Assembly (NCBI RefSeq): GCF_001447785.1
Contig: NW_015167100.1
Span: forward strand, 62,001-126,000
Length of the DNA stretch: 64,000 bases
Direction of reading: 5' to 3'
From: Gekko japonicus
Lineage: Eukaryota
A model generated the notes under the pieces. The model did not search any database. It was not told the DNA's origin and worked only from the letters and a program-made list of their open reading frames with translations. Of this stretch, positions 39,340 to 50,972 are shown one piece after another (positions within the stretch are counted from its first letter, which is position 1; each line of letters starts with the position of its first letter). The position numbers were made by a program, and so were the translations under genes.

Positions 39340-40149
39340 AACATTCTGAGTACCCATCTTGTTGTAGTGGTTGGGTTACTTCCCCCTTTGTTTTTTTCCC
39401 CTCTACTGGAAAGAGTGTACCAGCCTTCTGGAAACCAAATGAGTCAGTGAATACTCAAAGAAAGTGTACTGGAGTGTTTCGAAAACACTGAAACAAAAGC
39501 CTCTCAACAAAAAGATTTAAGTAACTGTGAATAGCTTAAGAAACTCTCATTAGCCTGAAACATAAGAACTAAAGTCTGTGCATGTACTGGTTTTATCTCA
39601 GAGTTATCTATATTAACTTACTTCAGAACTCTGAACCCCTGATTTCACCTGACCTTTCCCCTGGACAGTTCTAGGAAGAGCTCTCTCACCCCCACCTACC
39701 TCACAGGGTGTCTGTTGTGGGGAGGGGAAGGGATGGGAGTTTGTAAGCTGGTCTGAGACTCCAAGTGAAGGAGTCCAATCTCCTCCTCCTCCTCTTTCTC
39801 CTCCTCCTCCTTTATGTTGAATAAAATGTTTTGTTAATTTTAAATTTCAAAATGTTTCAAGTGCCAGGGTGATCCTAATCCTTACCTCAGGTTACTGGGC
39901 TGAGCCAGCAGTAAAATATCATACTGAGACAGGGTGGGACAACCAGCATTCTTCAAGAAAGAAGAAAGCAGACCACTAGGGCTGCTCAGTCAGAAAGAGA
40001 AAGAAAAACAGAGGGAAAATCTTGCCTCTGAGGGAGGGGACAAGGCCATCATAGGTCCTTTCCGCACGAGACCTTAAATCCTGGTTCAACTCTGTCCCCG
40101 AACTTACATTCTATACTACACTCGAGTTCACTCCTGTAATTATCTTAGG

Positions 40150-41330
40150 CAGAGGTCGATTGGGGGAATCGCGGGGGATCGCCGTTCCCCCAAATGAGGT
40201 GCGGGGGGGCGGGGCACACGACGGAGCCCCACCCTCTGCTTCCGGCAGCCGCACGAGAAGCCGAGCCGGCAGCGCGCCTCCTCCTCCCACGGAGCTCCTC
40301 CAGCGCTGCGCCGCTGCGCCCGCCCGCCAAAAAGGCCGCGAGAGGGGCCCCCCTGACCCTCGCCAGCCGCAAGAACCTTCGCCGCCGCTACTCCTTCCCC
40401 GGCATGGGAGTTCTCCGGCATGCGAGTTCCCCGGCCACCACCAGCCGCCCTCTGCTCGCCTGTTGCGCGGCCACAGAGCCGGGCCGCCTGAGAGCCGCAG
40501 CGGAACAGGTGGCGCACTGGAGCCTGCGAGCAGCGGTGGCAACGGGAGCCAGACTCGCTCTGCCCAGCGGCTCAGCTGAGGCGGAGGCAGCCGCGCGGCC
40601 AGGAAGATGCAGCTGCTCCTCCGGGCCGGGCTCTCCGTCTCAGCACCAGTGAGTTGCGTGCCGTGGGGGAAGGGGAAGGGGGGCTCTGCGGTCCCGAACT
40701 TTGGGGCCCCCCATGGGTTTTGTGGGCCCCTCCCCGATCCTCTGCTCCCCCTCACCCCGGCCCAAAGACGACGAGAGGCTGGCGGCGGCGGCACTGGAGG
40801 CCGAGGCGGTGTCAGGGGGCTTGAGGGATGCGGCGGCCTCCCCTCCCTCCTCTTCCTCTTCCTCCCCTTCCTCGCCATGCCCAGGTGGGTTCGTAGACGG
40901 CCCGGCGGGAGGGCTGTGGCTGTTCCCGGTGGGCTGGGGGGTGGAGGAGGGGAAGCGGGAGCTAGGTCTTCTTCACTAACCACATTTCCCCTCCCTGAAA
41001 GTCCACACAGAGAGCTCAGATTTTAAAGACGCCGCGCACGTGCGCTTTGTTTTGGTGGGAAACGCGCAAGCACGTTGGTGTAAACCTGCAGGCCATTCCC
41101 CGAAGGGCCGGGCGAGGTGGGAGGAGCTGCAGGCGCAGGCGCGCTCTTCTGCCATTGGCTGGTTGAGGTGCTGTCCCCCCCCCCCGTTTTCTGTGGTTGA
41201 GGTGAAAAGTCGCTGGAGGCATTTTGTGTTTTCTGGCTAGACCTGACCGACTGGCACGTCTCGAGGTTCCAGTTCTCGGGGGGGGGGGAGGGGAGGACTC
41301 GGCATTGGACTGGGACGGAGGGGGTCGCTT
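40150..41330. promoter_or_regulatory. Intronic CpG island beginning with a hAT-family terminus
   Basis: Very high GC and CpG content; first ~95 nt homologous to the left end of hAT element 49855-50323; E-box/NRF1-like and CCAAT motifs at 41030-41165. Confidence 0.65.
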
Positions 41331-42875
41331 AAAGCTGTGGTCATTTCTTGTCCCCTGTCCTGGTCACTTAGCGGGAGATACGGCTGTATTCATCGCTGGA
41401 CATATAATGTGATGTTGTGGAAAGCGTCTATTAGTGCGGTGGAGAAATCTATCAGGAACCAAGCCATTCACCTGCCCCTGTTCCCTTCTTCCATTTAGGT
41501 GTTTTCAAGCCCTGGAGAAGCCTTATCCATTGCTTTTCTTCCGCACCCCCTTTGCTGTACCCATGGACTTCTAGATAGGAATGACAAAGCAGGAAGGGAT
41601 GTTTATACTGATTATAGTGATCCCTGCCACAATTTTTGGTAGTCTTTAAGTGGCTACTGGAGTCTTGCTCTTTCCTACTGCTACAGACAGACTAACACGC
41701 TTGCTCATCTTGATCTTCTCAGGATGTGGGTGGTGTTTGGGCCATGCCATTGGGTTTTATTTAAAAGGGAGTGACTAATAAGTCTCTGCTAATGAATTAG
41801 TTGATCCTTTTGATAAGTAATACTTAACACTCTGGCAACCGTTTGTATACCCTGTCTTCCTTGAAACAGCCCTGTGAGGTAGGTTAGTGTATAAGTGGAT
41901 CAGACTAGTGGCCATCCTCTTAAGACATTCAGAGTTTTACTGCTTCTGGATATGGACGCTCCCTTTAGTCATCATAACTACTTGCCATCACTGCATCCAC
42001 AGGCAGTGAGTTCTACTTAATTATTTGAATAAAGAAACTCTTCCTTTTGTCTGGCCTGAATCAATTGCCCATCAACTTCACTGGGTGCCCACAAGTTGTA
42101 GTGTCATGGGAGAGGGACAGTCACTTTATAAACATCTAGCATGTCCCGTCTTCTTTTCTGGAAAACAAAAAGTCCCATATTTTAGCTGCTGTTTGTGGGA
42201 AAGTTTGAGTTGGGTCATCTTGGCTTGCCCTCTTCTGCACTTTTTTCAAGTCTGCAGTATCTTCAAAACTGTGTACAGTGTTGCATGTGTGAAGGTCAGT
42301 ATTATTATCTCCATTTTGTGCCTAAGGGGTTGCAGCTTGGATAGAATGTAGAGCCCAAAGGACATAGGTTTTAGCTTAAGAAAGTGAAAATAATTGAAAG
42401 AATTTCCACATTTTGGATGAGAATTGGATACCTGAAAACATGAGGCATCTGTAGAAAGATCACATAGTTCTTTCAAACAAATGAGATCTCCTGGCACACA
42501 GATGTGAGTGGAAGTTGTGATCCTGTATAGCAAATCTAGACCAAAGCACTGAATGAGGGTGAGGGATGGGTTTGTTTGTTTGTTTGTTTGTGACAACAAA
42601 AGGCTGCTCCTGGAAGGTACTGAGTGAATTCAGCTGGAGCTTTCAATTCTGAAAACAGTAAACAAACATTATGATGGTACTGAAAAGTACTATGTGAATG
42701 AGTCACGTTATTTTTCTGATTGATTTTGATCATTTCATTGTTAATGGAAATAACTGCCCAAGACAAACTGAATTCAACATCTATTATTTTTATCTGCTGT
42801 TATCGTTACCTTGACTTATTTGGTGTCACGAGGTATAGAGGCAACACTCTCTCTGGGGCAGTGATGTTCTGTCCT

Positions 42876-43957
42876 GCCCAGAGTTACGTGTGGTGGCCGG
42901 GAAACGACGCTGAGATCGAGTCCTGGGTCTGGAGGTGCCAAACCTGCCAAGAGGTCCGGCCCAACCCGCCAAGCGCAGTCATGGGAGTCATGGGAGTCAA
43001 CCCGCAAACCATGGTCCCAGCTACATATCGATTTTGCCGGGCCATTTCAGGGACTGTTATTCTTGGTAATGGTTGACTCCTACTCTAAATGGCTGGAGGT
43101 CAGCCCCGTGTTTACCATGTCCACAAAGGCAGTGATCAGATTCCTCCGCCGGATCTTCGCCACGCCTGGCCTGCCGGACACAATAGTCTCAGACAATGGG
43201 GCAACCTTCAGTGGAGTTCCAGGAGTTCCTACAAAGAAACCTGATTAGACACATCCGCTCGGCGCCCTTCCACCTCACAACCAACGGCCAGGCCGAACGG
43301 ATGGTGCACACTGCAAAGGAAGCCCTGAGCCGGATTTCAGAGGGGGACTGGGAGTTCTGCTTGGCCCATTTCCTCTTGACCCAGAGAACTACACCTAACC
43401 CCACCTCCGGCCACAGCCCCGCAGAGCTCCTGATGGGCTGGTGCCCGACAATGCTGTTGGATCGACTGCACCCAGACCGGGCACTGGACCCGAGGAAGTT
43501 GATCGAACAGCGCGAGGCTCCGAGAGGGTTCTTCCTCCGGAACTATGGGACCGGGCCTCCATGGATCGTGGGCCAAGTCACCAAAGTCAGGGGCCCAGTG
43601 TCTTTCAAAGTATCGACAGACGACGGACAAATTCTACAAAGGCACATCGACCAACTACGGAGGCGACAGCTCCCGGAAGCAGGCGAAACCCCTCAGTTAA
43701 CGGCAGGAGCGGGAACGCACACTCCAGAACCCAGGGGGCAAGCCAATGCCCCAATCCACGAGGAGTCCACACCGAATGAGGCACCCCTGGAAGTCCCCAA
43801 ACCAGCAGCCCAACAGCCATCACCCCAACTGGCGCCACAACCCCCGGTCCCCGCGAGTCAACCGGTACCAGGATCGAGGGAATCAGTACCGGCCCCCAGG
43901 CGTTCCCTCCGTGAGCGCCGCCCCCCGCCTACTTGCAGAACTACGTCATATAGGTAG
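42876..43957 (+). mobile_element. Gypsy integrase remnant (frameshifted)
   Basis: SYVWWPG..CQTCQ zinc finger, VMVDSYSKWLEV..PDTIVSDNG, PFHLTTNGQAERMV (DDE core) spread over three frames. Confidence 0.92.
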
Positions 43958-43979
43958 GGTCTAAACTATGGGGGAGGAG

Positions 43980-44257
43980 TGTTATGTACGCAGACCGCCA
44001 CTAGGGGTCCGCGGCAAAGACTGGAGCTTGGCTCCCCTGGACAATAGGAACATAGGATCCTAGTTCCCCCCAGCCCCAACCAATAGCTACTCTGGCGGGA
44101 AATTCAAACCCTCCAATGGACTAGGGCTGTGCTAGGTGGGTGTGTATATAGTTGGCCTTGCAGGGCCGTTTTAGTTAGTCTTGTGTTAAGTACAATAAAT
44201 GTGTGCAAGAGCATGTCGTCGTCAGAGTCATCCATGTGGCAAACCCAGTACTTTTCA
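43980..44257 (+). mobile_element. Gypsy 3' LTR
   Basis: Polypurine tract gggggaggag 43970-43979, then TG...CA, internal tatata and AATAAA. Confidence 0.75.
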
Positions 44258-44884
44258 GTATCTACATGCACACAAAAGCTTATACCCAGAATAAAACTTT
44301 GTTGGTCTTAAAGGTGCCACTGGAATCTGGACTCAACTTTGTTCAGTAACAAAACCTATATCAGAACTTCATGTACTGGTAGAATGTTTGAGAATGCAGG
44401 CATTTGTGAAGACCAAAGGAGATATGTTTCTGATCTGTTTAGTTGTTTTTGCTGATTAGAATACATCTTGTGATTTCCTGTGAGTCACAAACAGCAGATG
44501 TGCTGCTACTGGAAACAGCTGCATGCTTAATCTAAAGTTTACTACAGAATTTTGAATGATTTCTCTGTTGATACTCAACCTCTATCCAGTCCAGTGCCCA
44601 TGACACAATGTCCCATTTCTGTAAGAAGAGCTGCTTAAATACTAAAGTATTGTTTTCTTTTTTGATGGAGGTGGTAAAATGAAACTTGCGGTATATAGAA
44701 GTTTTCACCTGGGTATAAGGAAATCATACAGTCAAAGAACACAAAGTGTGTAACAGGTTTGATTGAAGTGTGTAACAGGTTTCCAGTGGCAGGCTTGCTG
44801 TTTGGTTAGATGCACTTAATTGCACAAAGTTGATCATTATTTGATACAAGATGGATTCTCCCTGTACCCATGGCTTCATATAGC

Positions 44885-45290
44885 TGTAGGATCTTAAAAG
44901 AACTCAAGGGAGCATGGTTCTTCACAAAGAGGTGTGTGTGGATAACACTTCTCAAAAACAGCCACCATGGGTGTTGTATACTAACTAAGGGCTGCACACG
45001 CGGTCGGGCTCGCACGTCGCCAAGTGAACAGGCAGAGCTTCGCAACTTAGAATATTAGACTCAGAGGATCTTAGAATGGGCCAATCGGTCAGTCCGGATG
45101 CTAAGAGGGACCAATGGTTATGGGTGCACTGTAAATAAATGAATCACGGGTGTTGGGTGTGTGTCAGGGTGTGGCCTGTACCGGCATTTAAGTGGACCCC
45201 CAGGGCCAGCTTTTTGTCTCAGTTTTGTTCCTGCCCTTAATAAATTATGAGCTGATTCACTACCAACGTGTCTGGACCCAGTACTTTGCA
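44885..45290 (+). mobile_element. Solo LTR
   Basis: TG...CA ends; near-perfect 5-bp TSD ATAGC / ATGGC; two CCAAT, TATA-like catttaag, AATAAA; 3' end cccagtacttt shared with the 43980 LTR. Confidence 0.7.
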
Positions 45291-45515
45291 ATGGCGTAGT
45301 GGTTAGAAAGTCAGAGTAAGTTCTGGGGAGATCCAGCTTTGAATCCCCACTCTGCTGTGGAAGCTTGCTGAGTGACCCTGGGACAGTCACATAATCTCAG
45401 CCTGACGTACCTCACAGAGTTGTTGTGTGGATAAAATGAAGAAAAAGAGAACACTGTTAACCACTTTGAATCCCTGTTGAGCAGAACAGCGGGGTACAAA
45501 TGAATTAAAATAAAA
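45291..45515 (+). mobile_element. Older tRNA-derived SINE
   Basis: gcgtagtggttag A box, tttgaatcccc B box, ctcagcctgacgtacctcacag body. Confidence 0.7.
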
Positions 45516-45760
45516 TGTTGAAGGAAACCACATGGACAGGCAAAACCCCTGGGGACATTATGTAGTGGATGTCAACAAAAATTAATTTAGTGACCCCAGA
45601 TAAGTGGAGCTGCAGTTGTTGGATTTAAAGAAATTCAGCCTCCTTAGTTAAACCTTTGCTAAAACTAACCAGCTTTCAGGTTGAATGTTAAAGTGTCTGG
45701 AGTTTCTGTAATCTATCCTCTTTGAAAATAAAGATTAAATATTTTAAAATTTACAATTAG

Positions 45761-45923
45761 GTGATCTCAGATGGAAGTGCCTGTAGACTACGGAGCTTTA
45801 TTAAGAAGAATCGTGATGGACTTAACAAAGTAGATGACCTCAATGCCACTCCACTGCATCATGCTGCCGGACAAGGTCAACTTGAGTCAATGCAAATGAT
45901 CATCAATGATGCTCCAGCTGAAG
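45761..45923 (+). CDS. TRPA1: TRPA1 coding exon 2
   Basis: VISDGSACRLRSFIKKNRDGLNKVDDLNATPLHHAAGQGQLESMQMIINDAPAE; ankyrin TPLH motif; AG/GT, phase 0 to 1. Confidence 0.92.
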
Positions 45924-46921
45924 GTGACAAAGACAAACAATTTTTAATCATGAAATTGTGTATATGGTACTTTTAAAATACTTATTTCCTTTAAGATTCA
46001 TTAATATAAATGATGATTGTGCATCAGCTTTGTTTTGTATAATGTTGTGTTTTGTAGGCAATATTTATGCTTGATGACATATTTAGGCACCAGTTTTTGA
46101 ATATTGTGCAGGAACTAAGGAAAGGTGCATGTTAGTTTTTACATACAAAATTTCTTTTAAATCTGGGTGGACTGTTGTGCTTTGTTATTTGTTCTGTGAT
46201 TACTGATTTTTGTTGAGGCTCAGTAAAATGTCTGGATGATCGCTTCACTATACAGTAAGTCCATGTGACCTCAACCCATCATTCAGCATATTTAAGTTAA
46301 GGTCATCTGAAGTGGCAATCGGGTTTCAATTTCCTACTCTTTCTTGTTTTTCCATTCTTTTATAATTTAACAAAACTGGTACCAGCAGCAGTTTCTTGTG
46401 CCTGAGCTTTTATGAACTTTAGAACCAATTTGGAAGTTTTGGGGGGTTATTTTATTAAATACTTTTCAAACAGAAAAATATTCTATAGCTTATTTTAAAA
46501 ATGTGTATAATTTAAATGTATACTTTGTTTTTGAAAATAAACTGTTTTGTTTCTTTCCTCACTGATGGTAATGTTCCATTAGAAAACCTTAGTATTATTC
46601 CCTAGAAGTAATGGCTGAATGAGGGGATGGTCTTTTAAATGCAGACAGAGTGTGCATATGAATTGGAAAAGTAATCCATGCTCAAAAACTCTGTGCATTA
46701 TACATTCATTTATGTTTGAAACATTTACATTTAAATACATAGTCTAGTTTTTACAGTTCTAAGTTTTCACTCAAGTGAGTGGTATTTCCTTATCTATTAG
46801 GCCCAGATCTGCATTTGCAGTTATTATTTATTATAACATATTGCTCCGCTACCATCTGCTAGTTTAAGGGAAGCCAAACTGTGATATGACATCTGATCTG
46901 TTTTATTATCCTTTGACCTAG

Positions 46922-47097
46922 CACTAAATGTGACTGACAACTCTAGAAACACACCACTGCACTGGGCCACAAAAAAAAAGCAGGCTGAAAGTATTAAATT
47001 ACTTCTTAGCAAAGGAGCTAACCCAAATATCCTTAATTCCAATTTGATGACGCCACTTCACTTGGCTGTACAGTCTCTTCAAAATGACATAGTTAAG
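46922..47097 (+). CDS. TRPA1: TRPA1 coding exon 3
   Basis: ALNVTDNSRNTPLHWATKKKQAESIKLLLSKGANPNILNSNLMTPLHLAVQSLQNDIVK; 176 nt, phase 1 to 0. Confidence 0.95.
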
Positions 47098-47889
47098 GTA
47101 AAGCTAAAGTATATGATCATATGCATGTAAATTAATAAAATTAATATTAAAACAGCTCTATATTGGTTAATTCCAAAATGATAAAAATAAATGAGTTTTG
47201 TGGCATCTTAAAGAATAACAGCATTTTATTTCAGTGTAAACCTTGTAGAAGCTTTCCATGAAAGCTTATCTCTCTTATATATAATTGCTGAATGGTGGTG
47301 GCTTCTGGCCTATGGGGTGGCGATATTGCATGCGCTCCCTCAGCTATTGGCCCATCAGCCTCCAGTCAAGACTACTGGCGTGCCATTGGTTGGGTGTGCT
47401 CCTCTTCCTCGCCCACTTCCCTGTCAGGCACTGTTCTCTGTCAGAAGTACTCTGTCTCCCAACGAACACAGTTCTCTTGCTTAGCTCCTGAATGTGGGAC
47501 AAAGGTTTCCCTCAGTGGCTGTTGTGAGGGACTCATAGGGTTGCCAGCTCCTGGTAAGGAAGCCAGTTTAAGGAAGCCAGAGTTTGGGGAGGGGAGAGGG
47601 GAGGCCTCAGCTGAATAGAATGCCATAGAGGCCACCAGCCAAAGCATTCTAACTTCTCCCTCAGCGGCTGTTAGTAGGCAACCAAGCTTGGTTCTTTCAG
47701 TAAATAGACAAAGGAACAAAACCTTTTCTACGTCTCTGTGAGGAACTCATTTGGCCCAGTCCTGAGTATGGTTGCCAGCTCCAGGCTTGGAAATTCCAGC
47801 TGAGTCCTTCTGCCCCCCCCCAAAGCTGCCCTCCACGTATTTTGGCCTTGGGAGAAAACTCATTGTTTCCTTCTGCCCTGTTGACAGGC

Positions 47890-48965
47890 CCCTCCACCCA
47901 TGACAGCCAAGGCTTCAGAGCACAGTAGAGGCTGCAGGTGTGTGTGTGTGTGTGGGGAGAGATGGAAAGCTAAACAGTGAGGGGGAAATGAAGGTTCATT
48001 GATGCTTGGCTGGGAAGGAGATAGGGTTGCCAACTGCAGGTAGATGCTGCAGGTGTGGGGGGGAGATGAAAAGCTGAACAGTGAGGGGAAAATGAAGGTT
48101 CATTGATGCTTGGCTGGGAAGGAGATAAGGTTGCCAACTCTAGGTGGAAAATTCCTGGAGATTTGAGGGATCGAGCCTGGAAAGGGTGAGGCTTGAGGAG
48201 CGATGGGACCTCAGACAAGTACAGTGCCATAGACTCAACCCTCCAAACCAGCCATTCCCTCATGGGGAACCACTGTTGCCAAAATCCAGCTGAGAAGAAG
48301 AAGTCGTCATTGGATTTATACCCCGCCCTTCACTACCCAAAGGTGTCACAGAGTGGCTTACAAACTCCTTTCCCTTCCCCTCCTCAAAACAGACACCCTG
48401 TGAGGTACATGGGGCTGAGAGAGCTCTGACAGAAACTGCTCTTTTTCAAGAACAGCTCTTATCAGAACTATGGCTTGCCCAAGGTCATCCAGCCAGGTGC
48501 AAGTGGAGGAGTGGGGAATCAAACCCGGTTCTCCCAGATTATGTCCTTATACCTTGCTGAGTTGGCCCCACTATGACAGCCAAAGTTATGTGGCAGTCAG
48601 GGCTTCAGAGCACGGTGGGGGCTGCTGGTGGGGGGGAGATGGAAAGCTGATCAAAAAGGGGGAAATGAAGGTAGGTTGATGCTTGGCTGGGAAGTAGATA
48701 GGGTTGCCAACTCCAGGTGGGAAAATTCTGGAGATTTGAGAGATAGCCTGGAGAGGGTGAGGTTTGAGGAGGAGTGGGGCCTCAGACAGGTACAATGCCA
48801 TAGACTCTGCCCTCCAAACCAGCCATTCCGTAATGGGGAACCACTGTTGCCAGTCTCCAGGTGGGGGCTGGAGACCACTCAGAATTACAACTGTTCTCCG
48901 GATGGCATTGATCCGTTCCCATGGAGTAAATGGTGGACTCTGTGTCCTTATACCCTGCTGAGGTT
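47890..48965. repeat. Local imperfect duplication containing TAGGGTTGCCA-family MITE pieces and a minus-strand SINE (48293-48540)
   Basis: Block gagatggaaagct...gggggaaatgaagg...tgatgcttggctggg..gatagggttgccaact occurs at ~47958, ~48063 and ~48636. Confidence 0.7.
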
Positions 48966-49854
48966 GCCATGGCAAATTGATTCTGAGTGCCCACGGCCTT
49001 GGCACTCTCCCAGAGCCTCTTTCTAGTGCTCATTGTATTTATTTCCACAATGGGCCTTATTCCTAGTGATACAATAAAATTTCTTGGTTTCCCCATAAAA
49101 GCTTATGCAGGAATAAAATCTTGTTAGTCTTTAAAGTTCCATAAACTCCTGTTTACTTTTGCTGCAACAGACTAACACAGTTATTCTTCTGGAATCCAAA
49201 ACAGTAAATGGGCCTTTGTGTAACTTTTTTTTATATTAGTGTTTGAAATAAGGACCTCTGGATCTTACAAGATACTGTAATGTATCACAGATAAAGAATG
49301 CCACATCTCAGGGCTACCATAGAGTTTTGCCCAAGAGCGTCACCGTGTGACGTCCCTGGCATGATGACATCACTTCCACATGACATCATCACATTGGAGA
49401 CATCGTACCGGGTAGTGGCTGTTGGAAGCAGGGCTGTCGGCAGGCAGGAGCCTGCAAAATCAGGAGATCCCCACTCCCACCTGGGGGCTGGCAACCCTAT
49501 TTTACAGTGGGAACTCCTTTTCCCAAGTCATAGTGATAACTTGTTTGAAATAATCAGTTGAAAAATGTGTCCTCTTTTTTGCTTTTCAAAATATGGTTAC
49601 TCTAGCTACAGGCATTAACCAATCCTTGGCAGCTGTGGTTAAATGACTGAGTGTGTGGAAACTGAAACTAAATAAACTGAAGCTAAACAAACGGAGGGTA
49701 TAGTTAGGATCCATTAAGAACAGTAGCGTCATAATAGTAGACAAATGTATCAGGGTGTGTAGAACAGATTTTGGCTGAGGCATCCTGGCTGTCTAATTCA
49801 ATTCACAGACTGTACCTTTTCTAGACTTGGCATCTACCATCCTTGTCTTAGAAT

Positions 49855-50323
49855 CAGAGGTCATTTCGGGGGGGAACGCGGGGGAACGCAGTTCCCCCGA
49901 GTGAGGTACAGGGGGCGGGGCACATGATGAAGCCCCGCCCCCTGCTTCCGGCCGCCCCACTTCCGGCCCTCATTCAGCCAGGAGGAGGCAGGAGAAGAGG
50001 GGGGGGGTAAGTTGCTTCCTCCCTGCCTCTCCCCACCCCTGCCTGCCTGGGGCCAGGGAGGTCCTTCGCGGGGCTTCCTTGCACTCCTGCCGGCCTTGCA
50101 GGTCCACCGCCGGGCCCCTCATGGGGCTCGGCAGTGGAGCTGCAAGGCCGGCAGTGGCGGCCAGGACCGTTGGGGGCGGGGTGTGTGGCCTTATGACACA
50201 CTTTCGGTAATGTCAGGGGGTGTGGCCTTATGACAAACTTCCGGTGATGTCAGGGTGTGTGGCATATGCTAATGAGTTATGCTAATGAGTTCCCCTAGCT
50301 CTTTTTCTACGAAATGACCCCTG
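49855..50323. mobile_element. Non-autonomous hAT element with GC-rich interior
   Basis: TIR CAGAGGTCATTTCG / CGAAATGACCCCTG; perfect 8-bp TSD CTTAGAAT (49847-49854 / 50324-50331). Confidence 0.9.
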
Positions 50324-50864
50324 CTTAGAATCAACTACTGTAATGTGCTATGCATGAGACCATCTCTTTAAGCATGTTAGAAGCTGTATGTGGTACAGAA
50401 AGCAACAGCCTGCATTCTTATTATGGTGGAGAGAACACAACCAAGCAGAGTCCTAGCTGTAAACCGAAATAAAGATCTGGACCATGAATTTGATCAAAAG
50501 AAAAAAATGTACTTCAGTCTGCTGTCTTCATTAAACAGAAAAGAGTTTCCTCCCCCATCCCCTTGGAGATAAATAGTTCTTCCTGTTAAAATGTATATTT
50601 CACTCACTACTCCATGGACACTACTCCATGAATGTTTATGCCAGATAAATGTGTTAATGTTTAAGATGCCAGAAGACTCCTTTTCTTTTGCTATAACAAA
50701 ATAACATGGTTGCTGCTGAGGAATTTGCCGTACCTATCACCAGTGGAGAGAGTGGACCTGTCTGCAATTATAATGTCAATGTTCTATTGTAAATATACCC
50801 TATTATTTTGAGACAATTACAATATAATGCGATAGAAGAGCCAATTTTTATGTTCATATTTTAG

Positions 50865-50972
50865 ATTTTGGCTGAACACAGCACTACAGATGTAAACCTG
50901 GAAGGAGAAGGTGGAAACACACCTGTATTAGTCGCATGTTATAAAGATAATCATGAAGCACTGAAAATTCTG
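50865..50972 (+). CDS. TRPA1: TRPA1 coding exon 4
   Basis: ILAEHSTTDVNLEGEGGNTPVLVACYKDNHEALKIL; 108 nt, AG/GT, phase 0. Confidence 0.95.

Larger units (their letters stand above)
38210..40052 (+). mobile_element. Probable LTR-like repeat interrupted by SINEs
   Basis: Motifs shared with 15968-17040; boundaries approximate. Confidence 0.3.

Noticed and set aside
40111-40983. 290-aa minus-strand ORF, the longest in the window
   Set aside because: GTG start, P/G/R/A-rich low complexity, no recognisable domain, runs into a hAT terminus; long ORFs occur in several frames here, as expected in very GC-rich DNA.
43994-44012. CTCF-like motif CCGCCACTAGGGGTCC (a similar one at ~31545)
   Set aside because: Imperfect match inside repeats; cannot be supported without ChIP data.
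45291-45308. Primer-binding site after the 44885 LTR (atggcgtagt)
   Set aside because: Better explained as the TSD plus the head of the adjacent SINE; no retroviral internal sequence follows.
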